Positions 17,930 to 25,749 are shown, counted from the first letter of the stretch. The stretch: DNA of 38,954 nucleotides from an archaeon (GCA_027077325.1 JALTGF010000019.1:1-38954); one strand, 5' to 3'. Notes: generated by a model from the letters alone, not told the origin. Made by a program: numbers and translations.

Positions 17930-18294
17930 TTTTCTACTTTTATGCTTTCTCCAATTATTATCAGGCCAATTCCAACGGCAAGCAGTACAAGGATTCCAAA
18001 CCAGGATTCATAGACTTCCAGGAACTGGAGCAAAATCCAGATTATTCCAACAGTAAGCGAAAACGCCCCGCCAATGGACAGCGCGTTCCACACCATTAGA
18101 TACCTTGACTTTTCAGATTCCCCGATTAGATACTCGCCAACAAGCACAAAGATTATACCCAAAACAATGAGCAATCCTGCGCCATATAGCTCAACTCCAA
18201 TGCTCATGCTGGCATACAAAAGCCCGAAGATTATTCCAACAAGTGTAATAAACCAGCCTGAAAATTCAAACACTTTCCAAACATGTCTTCTCAT
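17926..18294 (-). CDS. small 4-TM membrane protein with internal duplication
   Basis: Two halves each end ...VGEYLIGESEK / ...IIIGESIKVEK. The ATG at 18294 sits about 25-35 nt downstream of AAAATATATAAAAG, so it is preferred over the GTG at 18315 used by the ORF track. Confidence 0.55.
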   Translation of the reverse strand: MRRHVWKVFEFSGWFITLVGIIFGLLYASMSIGVELYGAGLLIVLGIIFVLVGEYLIGESEKSRYLMVWNALSIGGAFSLTVGIIWILLQFLEVYESWFGILVLLAVGIGLIIIGESIKVEK

Positions 18295-18410
18295 ATTGTT
18301 AGGATGAATTTGCACTTTTATATATTTTTCTAAACGGCAGAAGCTGCAGTTTAGGTATTAGTTTTCAAATCAAAAAAGATATTTAAAGAATAACCACAAA
18401 TAGACGCAAA

Positions 18411-19205
18411 ATGATATTAGTTGTTGTAACTGCAATACTCATATTTGTGATATCCCTGGTTTTTTCAATGTTTGGAAAGGGCGGGGGCGAGCTGTACCTT
18501 CCAGTTATGCTTATGCTCCTAAGCATTTCGTTCTATACTGCTGCCGGAGTTAGCTTGTTTTTAATATTTTTACAAAGCATTTCAATGATTTTTGTTTATT
18601 CTAGAAAACATCGGCTTATAGATTGGAAACTTGCAGTTATCCTTTCGATTATCGTAGGCGGCTCGTCATTTCTTGGGGGGTTTTTCTCAGTTGGAGTGTC
18701 TGCTCTGTATCTTAAGGTGGTGTTTGCAGCGTTTTTGATATTTTCCGCGTTCCTTCTTTTTTTAAATAAAAACAAAAAGGTAGAACTTGGAAAATTTGGC
18801 GTGTGGCACAGAGAATTTGGTGGCGGGCAGTACAATGTCCATATTTTGTACCTCATTGTACCGATTATGTTAGCAGCGTTCTTAGCGGGGATGATTGGCA
18901 TATCTGGCGGTGGTCTAATTGTTCCAATTGCTGTGCTTCTTGGAGGAGTGCCAATACGAATTGCAATGGGAACAAACACAGTTCTTGTTCTTGTCGCTTC
19001 ATCAATGGGATTTTTGGGGCATATGACAAACGGTAGCATTGACTGGAGGTTATGTATTTTGTTTGGTTCGGTGATCCTAGCTGGTTCTCAAATTGGAGCC
19101 CGCATGCATGCAAAAGTTAGTGAAAAAAACTTGAGGTTGGGGCTTGCATTAATACTCCTATTTGCAGCAGGATTAATGATACTAAAAACATTACTTATGA
19201 GTTAG
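18411..19205 (+). CDS. TauE/SafE (TSUP, DUF81) family anion exporter/permease
   Basis: 264 aa, polytopic. The two characteristic glycine repeats are present: FGKGGGELYLP and ISGGGLIVPIAVLLG. Confidence 0.8.
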   Translation: MILVVVTAILIFVISLVFSMFGKGGGELYLPVMLMLLSISFYTAAGVSLFLIFLQSISMIFVYSRKHRLIDWKLAVILSIIVGGSSFLGGFFSVGVSALYLKVVFAAFLIFSAFLLFLNKNKKVELGKFGVWHREFGGGQYNVHILYLIVPIMLAAFLAGMIGISGGGLIVPIAVLLGGVPIRIAMGTNTVLVLVASSMGFLGHMTNGSIDWRLCILFGSVILAGSQIGARMHAKVSEKNLRLGLALILLFAAGLMILKTLLMS

Positions 19206-19232
19206 GGATCCAAAAAATAAAGAGGAGTTGCA

Positions 19233-19556
19233 CTAGATTAGTTTTGCATTTTCAAGAAATTCAAGATATTTCTCTTTAGGGAGAGAGATAATAACCGGGT
19301 TTCCTTCTGCAGCATAGACACTAATGTCTTCATAAATGCCTTTTTTTAACAAATCTTTAACTGCACTGTTTTGGGATGAATTTAGCAAATCAACACAGAG
19401 CTCAAATTCATATTTTTTAGAACCGGAAACTTTTATAATGAGTTTGCTAAAATTTTTTAGGTCATCGCGAATTTTAAATGGGCCTACATTTTCCTTTGAA
19501 TTCACAAGCTTGTTTATTCTGTCTGCAATTTCCCTTTTTGGGCGTAAATCAGGCAT
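19233..19556 (-). CDS. hypothetical protein
   Basis: 107 aa from the ATG at 19556 (MPDLRPK...); the ORF track used an upstream TTG. TTTTTATATC box about 35 nt upstream. No family recognised. Confidence 0.45.
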   Translation of the reverse strand: MPDLRPKREIADRINKLVNSKENVGPFKIRDDLKNFSKLIIKVSGSKKYEFELCVDLLNSSQNSAVKDLLKKGIYEDISVYAAEGNPVIISLPKEKYLEFLENAKLI

Positions 19557-19590
19557 TTTTAACACCAAGGGGTATTAGTCTCTTTAGAGA

Positions 19591-19606
19591 TATAAAAAGA
19601 TTTTGA
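19591..19606 (-). terminator. oligo-T tract after the tRNA pair
   Basis: Minus strand reads TCAAAATCTTTTTATA immediately 3' of tRNA-Leu. Archaeal RNA polymerase terminates at oligo-T. Confidence 0.35.
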
Positions 19607-19788
19607 TGCGGGGGGCAGGATTTTCAGCCGCTACCGCGAATTTTAGTGGGGCTTCTGCCGAAGGCAGAACGCAAAGCTTTCAACAAGCCCCACGCTTACG
19701 CCCGCAGCAGCGGGCATTTGAACCTGCGAACCCACTAAGGGACAAGGCCCTAAACCTTGCGCCTTTGACCAGGCTTGGCAACCCCCGC
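19607..19788 (-). tRNA. tRNA-Leu(UAG) interrupted by a 96-nt T-loop intron
   Basis: Acceptor GCGGGGG/CCCCCGC plus A. Anticodon stem CAAGG/CCTTG, loop TTTAGGG. Long class-II variable arm TCCCTTAGTGGGTT. T-stem GCAGG/CCTGC closes only after 19621..19716 is removed. The 5' half matches archaeal tRNA-Leu (GCGGGGGTTGCC.AGCCTGGTCAAAGGCG). Confidence 0.85.
19621..19716 (-). other. tRNA intron, T-loop 59/60, 96 nt, highly structured
   Basis: BHB: TTCA/TGAA central helix with AAT and AAT bulges. Closing helix GCC(C)GCTGCTGC/GCGGTAGCGGC. Inner hairpin GTGGGGCTT...AAGCCCCAC extended by TCTGCC-TTC-GGCAGA. Confidence 0.7.
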
Positions 19789-19792
19789 AATA

Positions 19793-19907
19793 TGCCCCAG
19801 CCGGGATGTTCAGCCATGCTGAACGCACGAAGCGACAGCAACAGCATTTGAACCCGGGTCTCCGCCTCGAAAGGGCGGAATGATTGACCGGACTACACTA
19901 CCGGGGC
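19793..19907 (-). tRNA. tRNA-Glu(UUC) interrupted by a 40-nt T-loop intron
   Basis: Acceptor GCCCCGG/CTGGGGC (one G-U) plus A. Anticodon stem CCGCC/GGCGG, loop CTTTCGA. T-stem CCGGG/CCCGG closes only after 19807..19846 is removed. Lies 4 nt upstream of tRNA-Leu. Confidence 0.85.
19807..19846 (-). other. tRNA intron, T-loop 59/60, 40 nt
   Basis: BHB: TTCA/TGAA helix with AAT and CAT bulges. The intron also contains a competing hairpin GTTCAGC-ATG-GCTGAAC. Confidence 0.7.
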
Positions 19908-19971
19908 ATTTTTATATTGTGCCAGATTTGTACCTTTCTTTTGGGATATGCCATTAATAAATATTTGTATC

Positions 19972-21066
19972 TCACTCTTTTATCTTAAATCCGATAAGCA
20001 TTGCAATAAAAGCGATAACAGAGATTATTAAGATTGTAGCTCTAAAGCCAAAAAATAAAACAAGAAACCCAGAGAGAGGCGGACCAAGGATGACACCAAT
20101 GCTTCGGCTCGATTGCAGCAAGCCGGCAACTGTTGCTTTTTCCATATTCTTTTTTAAGAGGTAGGTATTTGAACCAACATAAAGAGTTCCCCAGGCAATG
20201 CCCAATAGGAAAAATATAGGGATTAACCACTGGAGGGAAGGAGTTATAGCCACAAGTATAAACACAAAGATTGAAACAACCAGACCAATCCTTATTAAAG
20301 TCGTATCTTTTAGTTTTGCCCTTGCAGACAGGTTCATCACAAAGAACTGCACAAAAGAATTTATGCCAAAAAGATAAGAAACAAAAGCCGCCGTCCCGCC
20401 CAAGAAAACAACATAAAGAGGCATAAGCATCCAAATTGCATGGGCAGCTAAATTTCTAAGGAGAAATGAAGTAAACAGGGCAGAGTTCTTTTTAATTAAA
20501 TTTATAGGAACCAAGGGGATTTTAATTTTAGAAATTTTTTCATAATGAATTAGTAATGAGATTATAAAAGCCATAAAGAAGGGCACTGAAAAAACTGCAA
20601 ATAGAAAGTTTAATGAAAAAAATCCTGTCAAATAACCGCCAATAAAAACGCCAGTCCCCCATCCCAAACTTTGAAAGCCAAGAAAACTTCCAACTGCCTT
20701 TCTTGAGCCAGTGCCCCCAACATAGGCAATCATTGGTCCGGTGTATAGCCCAATTCCAAGACCATACAGGATTCTGGCAAAAGTTAAGAATAAAAGCGAA
20801 CTTGCAAAGTAGTGGAGGATTGCTGCAAGAGTAACCAATGCAAGCCCTGTTGAAATTAGATTTTTTCTTAACGCTTTTGAATCGGAGAAATGCCCCGCCA
20901 AATAGAAAGTCAAAGCAGAAGAGATTGCATAAATTGAAACAATGAGCCCAATCAAACTATAATTTGCGCCCAACTTTTTTGCATAAAGAGGGAATAGCAA
21001 AAAGATTATACTGCTCCCAAATCCAACAAGGAACGAGATGAGATAACGTTTTGTAGATGATTTCAT
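19972..21066 (-). CDS. MFS transporter
   Basis: About 364 aa from the ATG at 21066 (MKSSTKRY...), with about 12 TM helices. MFS-like loop GHFSDSKALRKN after TM2. Substrate unknown. Confidence 0.75.
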   Translation of the reverse strand: MKSSTKRYLISFLVGFGSSIIFLLFPLYAKKLGANYSLIGLIVSIYAISSALTFYLAGHFSDSKALRKNLISTGLALVTLAAILHYFASSLLFLTFARILYGLGIGLYTGPMIAYVGGTGSRKAVGSFLGFQSLGWGTGVFIGGYLTGFFSLNFLFAVFSVPFFMAFIISLLIHYEKISKIKIPLVPINLIKKNSALFTSFLLRNLAAHAIWMLMPLYVVFLGGTAAFVSYLFGINSFVQFFVMNLSARAKLKDTTLIRIGLVVSIFVFILVAITPSLQWLIPIFFLLGIAWGTLYVGSNTYLLKKNMEKATVAGLLQSSRSIGVILGPPLSGFLVLFFGFRATILIISVIAFIAMLIGFKIKE

Positions 21067-21079
21067 TTTGAGCAAAAAG

Positions 21080-21177
21080 TGGGCCCGTCGAGATTTGAAC
21101 TCGAGACCTTACGCTTTCTCAGGCGTTGAAACGCCGCCATATAAGGCGTACGCTCCACCAAGCTAAGCTACGGGCCC
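21080..21177 (-). tRNA. tRNA-Ile(UAU) with canonical 24-nt intron at 37/38
   Basis: GGGCCCG-TA-GCTT...GAGC-G-TACGC-CTTATA^[intron]^A-GCGTA-AGGTC-TCGAG-TTCAAAT-CTCGA-CGGGCCC-A. Short variable arm, and GGGCCCGTAGCT.AG is the archaeal Ile-type 5' end. Perfect hBHBh': CTTA/TGAG central helix, bulges TAT and AAA, outer helix GGCG/CGCC. Confidence 0.85.
21116..21139 (-). other. canonical tRNA intron (37/38)
   Basis: TGGCGGCGTTTCAACGCCTGAGAA. The BHB geometry fixes both splice sites. Confidence 0.8.
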
Positions 21178-21178
21178 T

Positions 21179-21343
21179 TTATCGAGAGGGTTTGAGAACG
21201 CCCTTAACATAGTAATCCACATGACCACATGTTTGGCAGATATACGCGGTTACGCCTCCAATAGTTTCGCCTTCTTTAAACTCATAACCACCACATGAGC
21301 CACATCGGATATAATGGCCATGTTTATTTTTGAATTTAGTCAT
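21179..21343 (-). CDS. 54-aa zinc-ribbon protein (below the ORF-track size cut-off)
   Basis: MTKFKNKHGHYIRCGSCGGYEFKEGETIGGVTAYICQTCGHVDYYVKGVLKPSR carries two CxxC pairs. GGTGAT SD-like sequence 4-9 nt upstream. It fills the ileS-tRNA-Ile gap, starting 11 nt after the ileS stop and ending 1 nt before the tRNA. Confidence 0.55.
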   Translation of the reverse strand: MTKFKNKHGHYIRCGSCGGYEFKEGETIGGVTAYICQTCGHVDYYVKGVLKPSR

Positions 21344-21354
21344 AGTATCACCAT

Positions 21355-24282
21355 TTAAACCTTATTAAATGAGATTATTATGTCTTTCCCCTCAAAGTTT
21401 AGGGAGCCCTTGAACTCTCCTTTTGATTCTTCAGAGGAAATGTTTAGATCTTTTGCTCCAACCTTTTCAGCAATTTCCTTCCTAAACTTTTGCAAGGCAT
21501 CAACAATAGAGGAGTCCTTGCTTGAAACATTTAAAGATATTTTATCAGTAACCTTGAAATTGTTCTTTTTTCTAAGCACTTGGACTGCCCGCATTACTTC
21601 TCTTGCCATTGCTTCTTCGCGAATTTCTTGAGTTATTTCAGTATCAAGGTAAAGTTTTCCAAACCCAAACTCTTTTTCAACTCCCTTTGAATTGCCAAAG
21701 GTTAATTTCTTTACATTTGCCTGTTCTTTTATGATTTCATTAAAGGTTTCTAAGGCTTGCTTCACTTCATCGTCGCCATCCACCGCCAGTTCGTTTAGTG
21801 GCCACCTGAGTTTGATCTTTGCTTCTTCCCTTGCAAACCTCGAAGATTCAATAATGCTTCTTGCAATTGCCATATACTTTTCAATTTCAGGGTGAATTAA
21901 GTTTTCATCTGGCACTGGCCATTTGTACATATGAATTGACTCTTTGCTTTCCTTTTCAAATTTCCTTACTAGGTTTTGATAAATTTCTTCAGTATGGTAG
22001 GGAATTATAGGCACCGCCAGGAGTAAGAACCTCTTTAAGACATCATACAAAACCTTAAACGCGATTAGCTTATCCTCTCCTTTTGCAGAAACCCAGGTCC
22101 GATTCCTTATTAATTTTATGTACCATCGGGATAGATCTTCCACCAAGAAAACCCGCAGTTTTTCAGGAATTTCAGGGAACATATAGGACTCAAAAGCATG
22201 TGTTATATCTTGGGTTAGCGTGTTTATTCTTGAAAGAATCCATTTGTCTTCTGGTTTTAGCTTTTCTGGATCTAGAGAGAATTCCTCTGGATTGAAATCT
22301 TCAAGTTCCATATATTTTGAAAACTGAAAAGTGTTCCAAAGAGTATTTAGGGCGCGGTAGGACTCATCTAGGTCCTTCCAGTTAAACTTTAAGTCCTCAC
22401 CTGGATTTGCCGCCGCGAGGCAATATAAACGCCATCCATCTGCGCCAACCTTTTTAATTACCTCTTCAGGACTTACAATGTTTCCAACGGACTTGCTCAT
22501 TTTCATGCCTTTTTCATCTGCAACAAACCCATGCATATAAACAGACTTGTAAGGGGATATGCCGTGAGAAGCCACACTTAAGCACATTAAGGAGTTAAAC
22601 CATCCGCGGATTTGGTCCTTTCCTTCCGTAATGAAGTCTGCAGGCCACCACTTATCAAACTCTTCCTTGTTCTTTGGGAAACCAAGAGATGCCCAAATTG
22701 CAGCCCCGGAGTCAAGCCACACATCAAGAATGTCAGGAACTCTTTGCATTTCTTCTCCGCAAACATCGCATTTTAATTTTACTTGATCAATCCAAGGCCT
22801 GTGCAAGTCCTTAACTTCCTGTCCAAGTTCCTCGCGAGAGCCAATTACCTTGATATGCCCATTCTTGCATTTCCATATTGGGAGGGGAATTCCCCAAAAC
22901 CTCTGGCGAGAGATGCACCAGTCCTGCAAGTTTTCAAGCCAGTCCCTAAACCACTTAGATCCCGCCCATTCTGGAACCCACTTAACATTTTTATTTTCTT
23001 CAATTAATTTGTCTTTTAACTTAGAAACGCCGAGGTACCATTGATCAGTTGCCCTAAATATAACTGGGCTTTTGCACCTCCAGCAGTGTGGGTATTCGTG
23101 CTCGACCTTCGATTCAAAAACAAGTAGCCCTTTTTCTTTCAGATCATTAATGATTTTTCCGTCATCTTTTTTTGCCCTTAGACCAATATATTTTCCAGCA
23201 TCTTTTGTAAAGATACCATTCTCATCTACTGGACAAAATGCTGGAATATTGTAATGTTTTCCAACTTCAAAGTCCTCTGGGCCCGTTCCTGGCGCACAAT
23301 GAACACAACCAGAACCGGCACTTAAGGTTACAAAGTCAGGGAAGATGTCATCTCCAACTGTTAGGATTCTGTGAGCGTTTTCAATTTCACTTCTAAACTC
23401 CTTTTGCTTTGGAACTTCTTCAAGGAATGGATGAACATACCTGAGTCCATGCAATTTTGTTCCTTTAAATTCTTCAATTATGTGATATTTTTTTCCAATA
23501 ACACCAAGAAGCGCATGAACTAAACCTTTTGCCAATATCCATACCTCGTCTTCCACTTGAACGCGAACATAATCGAGGTCAGGATGAACTGCAACAAACA
23601 TATTTGAGGGCAGTGTCCAGGGCGTTGTTGTCCAAATTAAAACATACTCGTTTTCTTTTCCCTCAATTTTAAATTTAACAAATACTGAATTTTCTGAAAC
23701 AGTCTTGTAGTCAAGTTCGTGCTTTGCAAGGGCAGTTGCACATCTTGGGCACCAAGTAACAACTTTAGGCCCTTGGTAAAGCAATCCATTTTCATGTGCT
23801 TTTTTGAGAGACCACCAAGCGCCTTCGATATAAGAATTGTCAAGCGTTCGATATGGGTGCTTCCAATCCATCCACACCCCAAGCTTCTTAAATTGCTCAG
23901 CCATCATATCAAGATTTTTTAAAGCAAACGCTTTACACTTTTCAATAAAATTATCCATCCCAATTTTTTCAATAATCTCTTTTTTGTTCTTAATTCCAAG
24001 ATTTTCCTCAACTTTTACTTCAATTGGAAGTCCGTGCATGTCAAAGCCGGGCTGGTCGTGCACATTATAGCCCTGCATTCGCTTGTACCTTAAAAAGGAA
24101 TCTTTTAGGACCTTGTTCCAAGCCGTGCCTAGATGAATTGAGCCAGTTGTGTAAGGTGGCCCGTCATTAAAATAAAAGCGCTCGTCTGCTTCGTGCAGTT
24201 TCTTTACTTTCTCATAAATTGAATTTTCTTCCCAGTAGGAGGAAACTTTCTTTTCTATTTCTTGAGGATTAAATCTTTCCAT
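21355..24282 (-). CDS. ileS: isoleucyl-tRNA synthetase
   Basis: 975 aa. HIGH region PYTTGSIHLGTAW. KMSKS region GMKMSKSVGN. WCISRQRFWG and a CP1 editing insertion. Confidence 0.95.
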   Translation of the reverse strand: MERFNPQEIEKKVSSYWEENSIYEKVKKLHEADERFYFNDGPPYTTGSIHLGTAWNKVLKDSFLRYKRMQGYNVHDQPGFDMHGLPIEVKVEENLGIKNKKEIIEKIGMDNFIEKCKAFALKNLDMMAEQFKKLGVWMDWKHPYRTLDNSYIEGAWWSLKKAHENGLLYQGPKVVTWCPRCATALAKHELDYKTVSENSVFVKFKIEGKENEYVLIWTTTPWTLPSNMFVAVHPDLDYVRVQVEDEVWILAKGLVHALLGVIGKKYHIIEEFKGTKLHGLRYVHPFLEEVPKQKEFRSEIENAHRILTVGDDIFPDFVTLSAGSGCVHCAPGTGPEDFEVGKHYNIPAFCPVDENGIFTKDAGKYIGLRAKKDDGKIINDLKEKGLLVFESKVEHEYPHCWRCKSPVIFRATDQWYLGVSKLKDKLIEENKNVKWVPEWAGSKWFRDWLENLQDWCISRQRFWGIPLPIWKCKNGHIKVIGSREELGQEVKDLHRPWIDQVKLKCDVCGEEMQRVPDILDVWLDSGAAIWASLGFPKNKEEFDKWWPADFITEGKDQIRGWFNSLMCLSVASHGISPYKSVYMHGFVADEKGMKMSKSVGNIVSPEEVIKKVGADGWRLYCLAAANPGEDLKFNWKDLDESYRALNTLWNTFQFSKYMELEDFNPEEFSLDPEKLKPEDKWILSRINTLTQDITHAFESYMFPEIPEKLRVFLVEDLSRWYIKLIRNRTWVSAKGEDKLIAFKVLYDVLKRFLLLAVPIIPYHTEEIYQNLVRKFEKESKESIHMYKWPVPDENLIHPEIEKYMAIARSIIESSRFAREEAKIKLRWPLNELAVDGDDEVKQALETFNEIIKEQANVKKLTFGNSKGVEKEFGFGKLYLDTEITQEIREEAMAREVMRAVQVLRKKNNFKVTDKISLNVSSKDSSIVDALQKFRKEIAEKVGAKDLNISSEESKGEFKGSLNFEGKDIIISFNKV

Positions 24283-24456
24283 TGCTCATACATAGAGAGT
24301 TTTTATTTATTAACTTATAGACCTCTCGGTGCCCCATAAACTTTTCGAAAAGGAGCACAGAGGGCCAGCTGAAACTAATTTCGTATTATTATAGTTTCAA
24401 TTATTGTGCTCATTATCATAACAGAGCTTTGGAAGATATAAATAATTTTTGATTAT

Positions 24457-25749
24457 TCACCGTACCATTTTTAGCCTAGACATCACTTCGTACAATAGAA
24501 ATGCAAAAATCAAAAATATGAATCCATAAATAAGAACCTTTAACTCAATATAGGAAATCATAAAGAGGTTTATCAACAAGCCGAATACGGGCACCAGGGG
24601 AAGCCTCCCAACTGATAATGGAATTTTAAATGGTCTTGATGCATTTGGATGCGTAAACCTGAGCATTATAACACTGCCATTTATTATTATGAAAGTTATG
24701 AAAATTGCTAGATTTGTCAAATCTGCAATTGCCTCAAGCCCGCCAAAGAATAGGAACAAAATTGAAAATCCAGAAATTGCCAAAATTGTTGCCCAAGGAG
24801 TTTTTCTTCTTGGATGAATCCAAGAGAATATTTTTGGGAAAGAACCATCTCTTGCCATTCCATAAGCTAATCGAGAATTTGCTAATAAAATCAAAAGAAC
24901 CGTGTTTGAAGTTGAAAAAAGTGCTATTACTGCGATTATTGTAAAAATTTTTTGACCAAATACGACAGCAGCTACATCTGCTAAGGGGGAGGTTGATGCT
25001 CCAAGCTCTTGCCACCCAAGAACACTAACTGCCGCAAGCGCAACGAGAACATAAATAACAGTTGTGATTGCAATTGACAAAAGAACCGCAAGAGGGATAT
25101 TTCTAGTGGGATTCTTAACCTCTTCAGCCATATTTACTATTTCTTCAAAACCTATGTATGCAAAAAATATCAAAGCCGCTGCACTAAAAACACCCTTTAT
25201 TCCAAAGGGCATTATCATAAAGTTTATAGAACCAAGATGAGGCAGACCAATTGCGATTATTATAAAAAGGCCAGTTGCTTCAACCAAAGTAAAAAGGGCA
25301 CCAAGGCCTGCCGATTGTTTGACACCATAAAGCAAGATTGCAGTACAGGCAAGTATTAAAGCAATTGCTGTTGGAATAATAGGGGTGTGAAAGATTGCAT
25401 TGAAATATCCTGCAAAACCAAGAGATACTGCAGACGACGCGATAGTTATTCCTGAAACTAACAGAAATCCAACAAGAAATGCTGCATGCCTTCCAAATGC
25501 ATTTTCAGTATAAACATATTCTGCACCAGCGCGCGGAAACATTGAGGAAAGTTCAGAATAACTTAAGCCAGTAAATAAAGAAACAAGTGCTGCAAGAATG
25601 AAGGAGATCCAAACAGCATTCCCGGCAAGACCTGCTGCTTTTCCAACTAAAACATAAATTCCAGCACCGAGAACAATACCAACTCCACAAAGAGTTGCCT
25701 CAAAAAGCCCAATTGAGCGCTGAAGTTTAACTTGTTTTCCCTTTGACAT
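24457..25749 (-). CDS. APC-superfamily amino acid permease
   Basis: About 430 aa from the ATG at 25749 (MSKGKQVKLQRSIGLFEATLCGVGIVLGAGIYVLVG), with about 12 TM helices. The longer ORF-track start would overlap the end of icd. Confidence 0.8.
   Translation of the reverse strand: MSKGKQVKLQRSIGLFEATLCGVGIVLGAGIYVLVGKAAGLAGNAVWISFILAALVSLFTGLSYSELSSMFPRAGAEYVYTENAFGRHAAFLVGFLLVSGITIASSAVSLGFAGYFNAIFHTPIIPTAIALILACTAILLYGVKQSAGLGALFTLVEATGLFIIIAIGLPHLGSINFMIMPFGIKGVFSAAALIFFAYIGFEEIVNMAEEVKNPTRNIPLAVLLSIAITTVIYVLVALAAVSVLGWQELGASTSPLADVAAVVFGQKIFTIIAVIALFSTSNTVLLILLANSRLAYGMARDGSFPKIFSWIHPRRKTPWATILAISGFSILFLFFGGLEAIADLTNLAIFITFIIINGSVIMLRFTHPNASRPFKIPLSVGRLPLVPVFGLLINLFMISYIELKVLIYGFIFLIFAFLLYEVMSRLKMVR

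Noticed and set aside
19621-19716. C/D box sRNA or homing-endonuclease ORF inside the 96-nt intron
   Set aside because: There is no RUGAUGA C box; the only CUGA is part of the BHB helix. There is no ORF of meaningful length.
19603-19851. ORFs 19603..19851(+) and 19643..19828(-)
   Set aside because: They lie entirely within the tRNA-Leu/tRNA-Glu pair and their introns. The R/A/P-rich translations are unlike any real protein in this window.
21116-21139. Alternative reading of the tRNA at 21080-21177 as tRNA-Leu(GAG), using CTGAGAA as the anticodon loop
   Set aside because: It leaves one extra unpaired nucleotide, gives no BHB, and the tRNA lacks a long variable arm. The UAU reading gives a perfect hBHBh' with splicing at 37/38.
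348-21177. Integrated element bounded by tRNA genes (tRNA-Glu paralogues at 348-464 and 19793-19907; tRNA-Ile at 21080)
   Set aside because: There is no integrase, no partial tRNA duplicate or att-like direct repeat, and the intervening genes are core housekeeping genes.
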